In this document: positions 39,901-48,287 of the stretch, piece after piece | How positions within the stretch are numbered: the first letter of the stretch is position 1 | How the letters are laid out: each line of letters begins with the position of its first letter | From: Deltaproteobacteria bacterium | GTDB lineage: Bacteria > Desulfobacterota > Desulfobacteria > Desulfobacterales > UBA2156 | Length of the DNA stretch: 64,000 nt | Assembly (NCBI GenBank): GCA_019309485.1 | Contig: JAFDGC010000005.1 | Span: 20,596 to 84,595 of the forward strand | Direction of reading: 5' to 3' | Notes under the pieces: generated by a model | The model's input: only the letters and a program-made list of their open reading frames with translations | What the model was told of the DNA's origin: nothing | Database searches by the model: none | Position numbers and translations under genes: made by a program

Positions 39901-40114
39901 AGCCGAAGAGTGTGCGAAACGCCGCATAGGTCCGGGTTTCCGGGAGATTCTCCACCACCATATCGTAAATAGAGGTGCGGATTTTCAATCCGGGAATCTG
40001 CCACGCAAAAAAGAGGGTGATCAGGGCCAACAGGAGCAAGGTGGCTTTGGGACGGTACAGGATCGATTCGACGCCGTGCTGGTATAGGCGGCCCGGGGCA
40101 AATCGGCTGGCCAT
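36902..40114 (-). CDS. RND-superfamily/MMPL-type transporter fused to a cyclic-nucleotide-binding domain and a degenerate GGDEF domain
   Basis: 1070 aa. Residues ~1-770 have two 6-TM bundles with large loops (MMPL/HpnN-like). Next comes a CAP-type cNMP domain (FRKGEQSDFMYAVISGGL...GEMGLFRNAPRSATVVA). Last comes a GGDEF-like domain in which the signature reads RLDGQLF instead of RxGGDEF. Confidence 0.8.
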   Translation of the reverse strand: MASRFAPGRLYQHGVESILYRPKATLLLLALITLFFAWQIPGLKIRTSIYDMVVENLPETRTYAAFRTLFGSDEIIRVVIKGKNVLYPKTFEKINRISTDLKAVLGVRRVISLPEIKAAVETGGAWDLERFAAVLSPIALFEKNLLSSDRHATAVTLVLHPDADEAAVIRSVEKYIAGAPEDLTLYQIGMPVVSDALTRYTQKDFYLLPPITLAVMTVILFFLYPTVRIMLIPLACVLIAMIWTFGLMAMLQVPLSMLTMIVPIFLIAVGTAYCLHITSEFNEGLNRFPSPTAAALATFSTMTLPTVVAVFTTVAALASLFVNRIQAIREFALFACTGILVLMVLALTFLPAAFALVPGRGGGRLKSTRAAQAAVRFCNWIAHVNIHRQRVSLPILGGVALFCIIGIFRVKVETNPVEFFKEDAPVSRHFHDIARHLSGSFPVHVSLSAKEEDAFEDPKMLKEIERVQRALETLPGVDKSVSFADYMKLVNYAINHFDPKYYALPEEGFEVRMLLNNYKIMFGEDMLYGFMSRDFSKANLMLLTHLSSSREFLEIQNRIHDLVKEYCPKTLTAEVTGIGMVVAASSDILTRGQVKSLSISMVLIFSLMFLLFLSFKVGLIAIVPNLFPIVVNFGIMGWLGIPLSAATSLIASIAIGLAVDDTIHYLVCFNREFKKCLDDETALAETLKKVGRSIVFTTVTISAGFSILMASNFKPTALFGFLMLITMASALVGDLLLLPSLMLHVELVTLWDLLRLKLGKDPQEGIPLFSNLSRSRIHHIFLAGSLKPFQSGEVIFRKGEQSDFMYAVISGGLDVVNPMADTMNGKYGGDIIISHIRVGDVVGEMGLFRNAPRSATVVAASEGELLQINWKMIRRLQFLYPNTAHKFFHNLVSILCDRLEHISQCYTADCFIDEESGVFNPRGFFEALHRQFHLAVRHQLPLSLCLAKIRFEGAAGSPNDFSAGERFMKIAGRIIVETIRRSDVVGRLDGQLFGLVLMGSSAAVSRETCLRIQTRFERKVREKEGIAAEMVFGVAGGRMNAENQEALLIDQARNALEKAETSEETVQWSS

Positions 40115-40258
40115 GCGTCAACGGCTCCTGTGAATCTATACCAAAAAGAATTGTCGTGGAACGGGTTGGTTGTCGAATCGTTTTTGTTATCGGATCTCAA
40201 AACCTGTGTCAATGGAATATAATCCGAGAAAGGAACGCGGATGGCGCGCTTGGGGTCG

Positions 40259-40297
40259 AAAAAAAACCGACCCCCCGAAAAGCATCAGGGGGGTCGG
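40259..40297 (-). terminator. Rho-independent terminator after the hydrogenase large-subunit gene
   Basis: Minus strand: CCGACCCCCC-UGAUGCUUUUC-GGGGGGUCGG followed by U8, 21 nt downstream of the stop. Confidence 0.85.
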
Positions 40298-40317
40298 GGG
40301 AAAAGAGGGAGGCTCGA

Positions 40318-41970
40318 TTACAAGGCCTTGACGGTGTACACCTGGTTCGAATCGGGATCGATGACGTGGACACCGCAGGCGATGCACGGATCAAAAGAAT
40401 GCACGGTCCGCAAGACCTCCAGGGGTTGCTTGGGATCGGCCACAGGTGTGCCGATGAGGGCCTCCTCCACGGGGCCCATCTTGTTGTTTTCGCAGCGGGG
40501 TCCGAGGTTCCAGGTGGACGGGACCACATACTGGTAATTCTTGATCTTCTTGTCTTCGATGCGGACCCAGTGCCCCAGAGCTCCCCTCGGGACGTCGTTG
40601 AGACCGAGACCTATTGCTTCTCCCGCGGGCCAGTCCCAGGCCTGATAGGTCTTGGTGTCGCCGTTTTTCACGTTTTCCACAAGCTGCATGATCCATCCTT
40701 CCATGGCCTTCCCGATGGTCAGGGTTTCCAACCCACGGGCTGCGGTCCGGCCCAGGGTGGAAAAAAGCGCCGTCACCGGGATACCCAGCTTCTGGCAGGT
40801 CTGGTCCACCACGGGCTTGAGATCGGCGTGCCCTTTGGCATAGGCCACCAGGACCCGGGCCAGGGGACCCACCTCACAGGATTCGTTTTCATACCGGGGA
40901 GCTTTTAACCAGGAATACTTCCCGTCGTCCGGCTTGTAGGTGGGATTCTCCTGGAGCGGTTTGGTTTCTCCTTTGTACGGATGCTTGGGGGGACCGTCCG
41001 TATACCATGAACGCTTGACATGCTCGGTGACCCCCTCCTGCATGGCCATGGCCGTATTCGCCAGGTCCCGTTTTTTAATGACCCCCCGGGGCATATACAG
41101 GCTTTCCGGCTCACTGGCCGTTTCCGGGAAATCCCCCCAGGCCAAAAAGTTTTGGGTCCCGCCGATGGCGCCCCAATCCTTGTAAAAGGAGGCCACGGCG
41201 ACAAGGTCCGGGATGTAGACGTTTTCGATGAAATTCTGAGTTTCCTTCCAGATATAGAGGAACTCGGCTATGCGATCCGGCGTCAGATCCGCCACGCAGG
41301 TGACGCCTCCCACCACCAGGGACTGGAGGTGCGGGTTCTTGGCGCCGAAAATGGCGTGGAGGCGGGCTGCCCGGGCCTGGATGCGCAGGGCCTCCACATA
41401 GTGAGCCGCAGCCATGAGGTTGGCCTCCGGAGGAAGTTTGTACGCGGGATGCCCCCAGTAGGCATTGGCAAAAGGCCCCAGCTGGCCGCTTTCCACAAAG
41501 GTTCTCAGCCGCTCCTGGACGGATTTGAAATAGACGGCGCCTCCCATTTGGGCGTTGCTCACATTATCGGCGAGCGCGGCCGTGGCCTTGGGATCAGCCT
41601 TCAGGGCGCTCACCACGTCCACCCAGTCCAGGGCGTGCAGATGATAAAAGTGGACGAGATGATCGTGCTGGAACTGGGCGCCGTGGAGGAGATTGCGGAT
41701 GATCCGGGCGTTGTCGGGAATTTTTACCTTGACCGCATCTTCGACTGCCCTCACCGAGGACAGGGCATGGGTCAGCGTTCAGACCCCGCAGGAGCGCTGG
41801 ACAAAATGATGGGCATCCCGGGGATCCCGGCCCAAAAGGATCAATTCGATTCCGCGAAACATCTGGCCGCTGCTCCAGGCATTGACGACTTTGCCGCCGG
41901 AGACTTCCACTTCAATTCTCAAGTGCCCTTCTATTCTTGTGATCGGATCGATGGTGACTCTTTTTCCCAT
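40318..41970 (-). CDS. Periplasmic [NiFe]-hydrogenase large subunit with an in-frame UGA (41779..41781) at the second Cys of the RxCGxC motif. This is a possible selenocysteine, or else a nonsense lesion.
   Basis: Track ORFs 41779..41970 and 40318..41754 are in the same frame. Read-through gives [16 protein letters not shown]...[24 protein letters not shown]...[26 protein letters not shown], i.e. the N- and C-terminal Ni ligand motifs plus the C-terminal extension that the maturation protease removes. Confidence 0.85.
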
Positions 41971-42028
41971 AAGACATTCTCCTTTATCCTGCTGGAAAAC
42001 CGGATGGCTTTTGGTTTACGGCATCCCT

Positions 42029-42973
42029 TTACATTTCCTGGTAAAACGGTGTCATCTTATCCCAAAAGTCGGGTTCGCTGCACCCGATGCACGGATGCCC
42101 GGCTTCGATGGGGAAGCTGGTGCCTTCGTTGAACTTGGCGATGGGGCAGTTGTTGAATGTCTCCGGACCTCTGCAGCCCATCTTGTACAGGCAATACCCC
42201 ATGGCCGCCTCCGGCGACCCGAACTCCGTAACGAATTCCTCATTTTCAAAGTGGGACCGTCTCGGACACTGATCGTGAATCGTCTTGCCGTAAGCAAAAA
42301 GGGGCCGGCCCAGATCATCCAGGGCCGGGAGTTTTCCCAAAAGGAGGAAATTGACGAGGGTGCCGACAAAATTCACCGGGTTGGGGGGACATCCGGGGAG
42401 ATTGACCGTCTTGATCCCAAGGGCGTCTCCGACGCCTTTGTATCCGCCCGGATTCGGCTTGGCGGCCTGAATCCCCCCGAAGGATGAACAGGATCCGATG
42501 CAGATCACCGCGGCGGCCTTGCTGCAGACGTCTTTTCCCATGTCCAGGAAGCTGCGGCCGCCGATCTTTCCGTAGCCACCGTCGAACTTGGTGGCGATGG
42601 CCCCTTCCACCACGCAGATGAATTTACCCTCGTATTTCTTCATCGCGGCGTGAAGCTGGTCTTCCGCCTGCTGTCCCGCCGCGGCCATGACGGTTTCATG
42701 GTATTCCAAGGACAATACTTCCAATACCAGATCGTCGATGTACGGATAGTGGGAGCGCAGGACCGCCTCGGAACATCCGGTACACTCGGCGAAATGGAGC
42801 CAGATCACGGGCGGCCGCTGTTTGGGTGCCGCAAAAACCTCCGCCACCTTGGGGACATACGCGGCGGAAAGCCCCATGGTGGCGGTGAGAAAGGTGCAAT
42901 ACCGCATGAAATCCCTTCGGGTCACGCCCTTGCCTTCCATCCGTTCGTAGAATGCGTTTTGTTCCTTGTCCAT
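42029..42973 (-). CDS. Periplasmic [NiFe]-hydrogenase small subunit (Tat signal)
   Basis: MDKEQ...GVTRRDFMRYC twin-arginine signal, then WLHFAECTGCSEA, GSCSSFGG and GHPCIGCSEPDFWD. ATG 42973 follows AAGGAGGTG. The longer track ORF start (43117) was rejected. Confidence 0.9.
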   Translation of the reverse strand: MDKEQNAFYERMEGKGVTRRDFMRYCTFLTATMGLSAAYVPKVAEVFAAPKQRPPVIWLHFAECTGCSEAVLRSHYPYIDDLVLEVLSLEYHETVMAAAGQQAEDQLHAAMKKYEGKFICVVEGAIATKFDGGYGKIGGRSFLDMGKDVCSKAAAVICIGSCSSFGGIQAAKPNPGGYKGVGDALGIKTVNLPGCPPNPVNFVGTLVNFLLLGKLPALDDLGRPLFAYGKTIHDQCPRRSHFENEEFVTEFGSPEAAMGYCLYKMGCRGPETFNNCPIAKFNEGTSFPIEAGHPCIGCSEPDFWDKMTPFYQEM

Positions 42974-43054
42974 TGGCACCTCCTTCTTTTCCGGACCTTT
43001 GCCTTGACGGTTGGTATGGCGCCTTGCGGCCTCGAAAGCAGAAACCGTAAGGAT

Positions 43055-43087
43055 AAAAAAAGCCGCCCTGAAAAATTCAGGTACGGC
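43055..43087 (-). terminator. Intrinsic-terminator-like hairpin inside the ~410-nt spacer upstream of the hydrogenase operon
   Basis: Minus strand: GCCG-UA-CCUGAA-UUU-UUCAGG-G-CGGC followed by U7, about 80 nt upstream of the small-subunit start. Confidence 0.6.
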
Positions 43088-43383
43088 CGGTTTTGGATCG
43101 AACACGCGGGTGAGCAAAAGAAAAAGAAAGAGCTTGAATTCCCGCTTTCATGGGTGGCTGGTGCATCGCCTGCCCTCGTCGCACTGTTCGTTAAGGGAAC
43201 AATGCCATCCGGTTCGATTTTTTTCGAGCCACAGAGTGACACCCGAAAACACCTACGGGCAAATTCTAGGTTTTTGGAACAATTGAATCCGCCGTTTTAA
43301 TGATTTCATCATTCGGGCATCATAGATGGCCAAAACATATGTATAAAAAAAAATCAACAAAAAATAAAAAAACGATTTATTAA

Positions 43384-44265
43384 TTACTCCATCACAAAAG
43401 CGCCCGCGCTTTCGTATCCCGCCTCCCGGGCCTTCATGTCCAGGTGCAGGGTCGTCAGCAACTCCAGGGGGGGATATACGGGATGGCTTAGAGCCCTGAG
43501 ATCCAGCGACTTAATATATTTTCCGCATCGGTCGCAGACCTCCACCCGGTATCCGTCTTCCGCTTCACTGTAAAAATACTGGAGGCTCCCGCTGTCCGTG
43601 TTCTCGCAAAAGGGACAAAAGAGCCGCCGGCTCGGCCATTTGTGATAGCAAAAGGAGCAAAAGAAGGCCCGTGCGCCGTTTTCCTCCAGTACAGCCAGCC
43701 CCGGAAGGTTGCCGCAAACGGGACAAATGCCTTTTTCCCAGGGTGTTTCCCTGTCCAGGTACGCCGCCAGTTGTTCGGCACAACGTCTCAGGGAGGGCAA
43801 TACACTGTTGTACACAACAAGGGTGAGCATTCGGAGATCGACACCGTATCGTCCGGCGAAATCGGCAAAGAAGGGGTCGTTTTGGTTCAAAAAGTTTTCA
43901 AAAAAACCTGTGGGGGTGGCGTGGGATGCATCGGCGGTCTTTGAAACGGCCTCGGCGAACGCCGCCCATTTTCCAGGGGTTTTTCGGGCGATGGATACAA
44001 TTTGATGAAAAAGAGTTTCCGCCGCATCCATATCCATAAAAAATTCGGAGGGCGAAACCAGTGGAAATCCGCCTTGCCGGGCCTTCTCAATGCGGTCGGA
44101 AGAAAGCCGCACCGGTGCAGGGGCGGCATTTTTATGGGAGGCTTCCACGGCCTCGAATACCGGTCCGTAAAAATCGAGAAGGCCTTGATATGCCGGGAGC
44201 CGTTTCCTCGCCGAGGCCAACGCCTGTTCAAGCTGCTTTTGTGTCGTTACGTATTCCGCTGTCAC
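43384..44265 (-). CDS. fdhE: Formate dehydrogenase accessory protein FdhE
   Basis: Four CxxC pairs (CPVCG, CSFC, CPFC, CDRCGKY) in the C-terminal half. GTG start after GGAG. Confidence 0.85.
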   Translation of the reverse strand: MTAEYVTTQKQLEQALASARKRLPAYQGLLDFYGPVFEAVEASHKNAAPAPVRLSSDRIEKARQGGFPLVSPSEFFMDMDAAETLFHQIVSIARKTPGKWAAFAEAVSKTADASHATPTGFFENFLNQNDPFFADFAGRYGVDLRMLTLVVYNSVLPSLRRCAEQLAAYLDRETPWEKGICPVCGNLPGLAVLEENGARAFFCSFCYHKWPSRRLFCPFCENTDSGSLQYFYSEAEDGYRVEVCDRCGKYIKSLDLRALSHPVYPPLELLTTLHLDMKAREAGYESAGAFVME

Positions 44266-44295
44266 GCCTTCTCCTCAATCCTCTCTTGATCCGAC

Positions 44296-44322
44296 AAAAA
44301 GGGGGAGGGCGCATCCTCCCCC
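44296..44322 (-). terminator. Intrinsic terminator between fdhB and fdhE
   Basis: Minus strand: GGGGGAGG-AUGCGC-CCUCCCCC followed by UUUUU, about 30 nt upstream of the fdhE start. Confidence 0.65.
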
Positions 44323-44330
44323 TTGACTCT

Positions 44331-44381
44331 TGACCGGAACGCTTTCCGCAAGCCCCGCCCTTCAGGGCGAGAGGACTCCAC
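44331..44381 (-). repeat. Short (single-hairpin) copy of the GC-rich element family
   Basis: Minus strand: GUGGAGUCCUCUCGCCCUGAAGGGCGGGGCUUGCGGAAAGCGUUCCGGUCA. It carries the 5' flank of hairpin 1 and the 3' flank of hairpin 2 of the long copies. Confidence 0.7.
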
Positions 44382-44396
44382 AATAATGTACCCGAA

Positions 44397-45116
44397 TTAT
44401 CCGAGTGCCCGCATCATACGGGTGATCGGGGACGCCATTTTTCTCAGGGCCATCTGGCGCGTGATGCCCCGGGAATACCCGGAAGCCACTGCAAAATCAT
44501 GGTAATCCATCGGGTCGAAGGCCACCAGATAGATGACGCGGACCATGCCCGGGTCCAAAAGGGTCGCCTGGGGGAATTTGGCCTGAACTTCTTTCAGCCG
44601 CTTTTCGGCCAAGTCCAGCATCTCCTGTCGCGACCCGAAATTCATGGCGCCGGTGGGACAGGTCTTGACGCAGGCCGGAAGGAGGCCGTTTTGCACCCGG
44701 TCGATACACATGTCGCACTTGGCCAGGATTCCGTCTTTGGATGCCCGCGGAATGTTGTACGGACAGGACTCGATGATCTCATTGACATTGAGCCCTTTGG
44801 TGTTTGCCGTGTAGATCACCGCCCCCGTCGCCTTGTCGGTATAGATGGCGCTGGGTTCTCCCGCCGTGTCCCGGCAAGGGGGTTCCAAGCAGTGCCGGCA
44901 CTGATCCGGAAAAAAGAGCCACCGGAGCTTCCCATCGATTTCTTTTTCGTTCCACCGAATCAACTTGTAGGTGATGAAGGAGAGATCTTCCGGATTCTGA
45001 TTGGAACCGCGGTTCTCGGTCTCTTCCGCCGGCAGGTCGTGCCATTGCTTACAGGCCACCTGGCAGCCCCTGCACGCCGTACAGACCGTCGTGTCGATAA
45101 AGAATGCCTTACTCAT
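44397..45116 (-). CDS. Formate dehydrogenase iron-sulfur (beta) subunit, 4x[4Fe-4S] ferredoxin-type
   Basis: CTACRGCQVACK, CRHCLEPPC, CPYNIP and CDMCIDR...C..CP motifs. The start follows AAGGAGGTG. Confidence 0.85.
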   Translation of the reverse strand: MSKAFFIDTTVCTACRGCQVACKQWHDLPAEETENRGSNQNPEDLSFITYKLIRWNEKEIDGKLRWLFFPDQCRHCLEPPCRDTAGEPSAIYTDKATGAVIYTANTKGLNVNEIIESCPYNIPRASKDGILAKCDMCIDRVQNGLLPACVKTCPTGAMNFGSRQEMLDLAEKRLKEVQAKFPQATLLDPGMVRVIYLVAFDPMDYHDFAVASGYSRGITRQMALRKMASPITRMMRALG

Positions 45117-45132
45117 CTAGATCACCTCCTTC

Positions 45133-48100
45133 TTAGATTTTAGCGATGTTGACCATGAAGGCCTTGGTTTCCGGGATCCGGGTGTTGGCATCTCCGGTGG
45201 ACGGCGTCAGGAGATTGGCGCTGTCTTCTTTTCCGGTCTCTGGCCATCGCCAGCCGAAGTTGTACGGGAAGCCCACCTGATGGACGACGGTCCCGGCGAT
45301 CTTGAGCGGCTTGATCCGTTTGGTCACAACGGCCGTGCATTCCAGGGAACCCCGGGCCGTCTTGGCCAGGACCCGCTCTCCGTTCTTGATCCCCTTGAGA
45401 TCGGCCAACTCTTCGCTCATCTCCACGAAGACGCCACGGCTGAGGCCGGGTCATGAGGCCTGTCTGCCAGTGTTCGGACACCCGGTAGGTGGTCCCCACA
45501 TAGGGGTATCGCGGATCGTACGTGGCAAAGGCGTCGGCGTCTCCCCTGAATACCGGCGCCGCGGGATTGATGCGCTGGGCATTCATCAGGTTCTTTTCCA
45601 CCGGGCATTCCAGTGGCTCATAGTGTTCCGGGAAAGGACCTTCCGCCAGCCCGGGACCGTATATCTGGGCATGGCCGTGCTTGCGCATGATGAAGGCCCA
45701 CTTGCTCTTGGGGTTGGGATTGTCGAGGCTGTCCAGGGGCGGCCATCCGCCGTCGGGAACGTCCCCGATCCACTTGTCCCCGGTCCATCGGATCACCCAG
45801 TGGTTCTTATCCCAGGGTTGCCCCTTGAGATCCACCGAAGCGCGGTTGTAAATGATGCGGCGGTTCACCGGCCAGCACCAGGAAAACTCCGGATAGAGGC
45901 CGATGCCGTTCACCGCATCCCTTTGACCCCTGCGGGTCGCCATATTCCCTTTTTCCGTGTAACTGTTGCAGTAGAGCCAGTTTGCGGAAGACGTGGATCC
46001 GTCGGCCTGGAGAAAGGCAAAGCTGGGAACCAGTGTGCCTTTCTTGTACTTCTTGCCTTTTATGGTGACGTCTTTTAGGAAATATCCGTTGATTTCTTTT
46101 GCCACCTTGTGCGGATCGTATTTGCCGTCGGTGACGTAATCCCACTTGAGGTTTTGAATGGGTTCCGGGAAAACGCCCCCGGCTTTATAGTGTTCCCGGA
46201 TTTTTAGGAACAACTCGACGAGGATATCCCCGTCGGGGCGGCTGTTTCCCATGGGCTTGGGGCCCTGATAGCGCCACTGCATCCAGCGGCCCGAGTTGGT
46301 GATGGATCCTTCCTTTTCCACGGAGACCGCCGCCGGCAGCATGAAGACCTCGGTCTTGATCTGTGCCGGATCCACCCCCGGACCCTTCCAGAATGAACCC
46401 GTCTCGTTGTCGAAGAGGTTGACGTTCACCAGCCAGTCCAGTTTGGTCAGGGCGGCACGCGTTTTCGACGAATTGGCCCCGCTGCAGGCCGGATTCTGGC
46501 CCCAGGCGAAGAACCCTTTGATTTTCCCGTCGTACATGGCATCGAACAGATCGAGCCAGGAATAGGGAACCCCGTCATCCACTTTGGGCAGCCAGTCATA
46601 TCCGAACGCGTTTTTCGGTGTTGCCGCCTCCCCGAAAAAGGACTTCAAAAGACTCACCGAATATTTGGGATAGTTTTGCCACCAGTTGGCGGAAAGCGGA
46701 TCCTTGCTTGCCGGGGTGTAGTGCTTGTTATAGGCATCCAGGGACACATCCGAAGCCCGCGGCGTCTTGAGATATCCCGGCCAGATGTGCCACAGGAGGC
46801 AATGGTCCGTGGATCCTTGCACGTTGGATTCACCTCGAAGGGCGTTTACCCCGCCGCCGGCGACCCCCATATTTCCGAGCAGCAACTGGATAATGGCCAT
46901 GGTGCGGATGTTCTGGGTTCCAACGGTATGCTGGGTCCATCCCATGGCGTACATGATGGTGCCGGCCTTTCCCGTTGCACCGGTGGCGCCGTAAGTCTTG
47001 TAGATTTTCTTGAGATCCTCTTGGGAGATCCCGGTGATTTGGGAGACCTTGTCCGGAGTATACCGGCTGTAGTGTTTCTTAAGAAGCTGAAAGACGCATC
47101 TCGGCTCCTTCAGCGTCCGATCCATCTTGGGAACGCCGTTGGCATCCATCTCGAAGGCCCAGCTCTTCTTGTCGTATTTTCGGGTTTCCTTGTTGTAGCC
47201 GGAAAAAAGCCCGTCTTCGAAGGAAAATTCCTTCCCCACGATGAATGGGGCATTCGTGTATGCCGCCACATAGGCTTCATTATACAACCGGTTGTCGATG
47301 ATGTATTTGATCATGCCGCCCAGAAAGGCAATATCGGTCCCCGATCGGATCTGGGCGAAGAGATCCGCCTTGGACGACGTTCGGGTGAACCGGGGGTCCA
47401 CGCTGATGAGGGAGGCCCCGTTCTTCTGGGCCTCGGTGACGTACTTGAAAGAGATGGGGTGATTTTCGGCGGCGTTGCTGCCGCAGATCAAAATACAGTC
47501 ACTGTTCTTGATATCGATCCAGTGATTGGTCATTGCGCCGCGTCCGAACGACTCTGCCAGAGCCGCAACCGTGGCGCTGTGTCAGATACGGGCCTGGTGC
47601 TCGATGTAGACCAACCCCAGGGCGCGCATCATGGCCTGCAGGATCCAGCACTCCTCGTTGTCCAGGGCCGCGCTCCCCACGGAGGCAATGGCCGTGGTCC
47701 GGTTGACCGTTTGGCCTTTGGCGTTTTTCGCCTCAAATGTGGCGTCCCGGGTGGCCTTGACCCGCTTCGCAATTTCTTCCAGGGCCCAGTCCCAGGAAAC
47801 GGGCTTCCATTCCTTGGAATTGGGCGCCCGGTACATGGGCTCCAGCAGTCGGTTTTTGTTTTCCACCAACTGTTTCAGGGCCGCTCCCTTGGAACACAAG
47901 GCGCCCCGGTTGATGACATGGTCCGGATCCCCTTCGATGTTGATGGCCCGGCCGGCGCCGCTTTTGTCCGTATGAACGATGGCCCCGCACCCTACGGCGC
48001 AGTAAGGACAGATGGTGATGGTCTCCTTGGCATACACGGTCTTGAGCATCTGGGCGTGGGACTTGACCGGTGAAAGATCAAAACCCACGCCGCTCACCGC

Positions 48101-48157
48101 AAGACCCGCTGCCGTCGCACCGGTAATCTGGATGAACTCTCGGCGTGAAACGTTCAT
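45133..48157 (-). CDS. Periplasmic formate dehydrogenase alpha subunit (molybdo/tungstopterin, Sec-containing). As given, the reading frame is broken near 45433.
   Basis: Tat signal MNVSRREFIQITGATAAGLAV after GGAGGGAGG. The 4Fe-4S motif is CPYCAVGCG. An in-frame TGA at 47582..47584 reads EHQARI-U-HSATVAALAESFGRGAMTNHW. The true C-terminal domain (VFVEMSEELADLKGIKNGERV...AFMVNIAKI) is track ORF 45133..45426, in a different frame from the body (45140..47533). Confidence 0.85.
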
Positions 48158-48287
48158 AAGCCCTCCCTCCTTGATTGATGAATGTTCACCGGCCGCGGAT
48201 GCCGCCGGTAAAAGTCTTTCTCCGGATGAAGACCTCGAAACTTCCGATGGCCGCCATGCGTCCTCCCCCCGCAAGCAGCAATTTTGA

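Noticed and set aside
41755-41781. Treating the hydrogenase large subunit as two separate genes (63 aa plus 478 aa)
   Set aside because: The break falls inside the universally contiguous RxCGxCxxxH motif. The downstream part has no SD, and its 'start' is just an internal GTG (Val) codon. The two parts are in frame and separated only by TGA.
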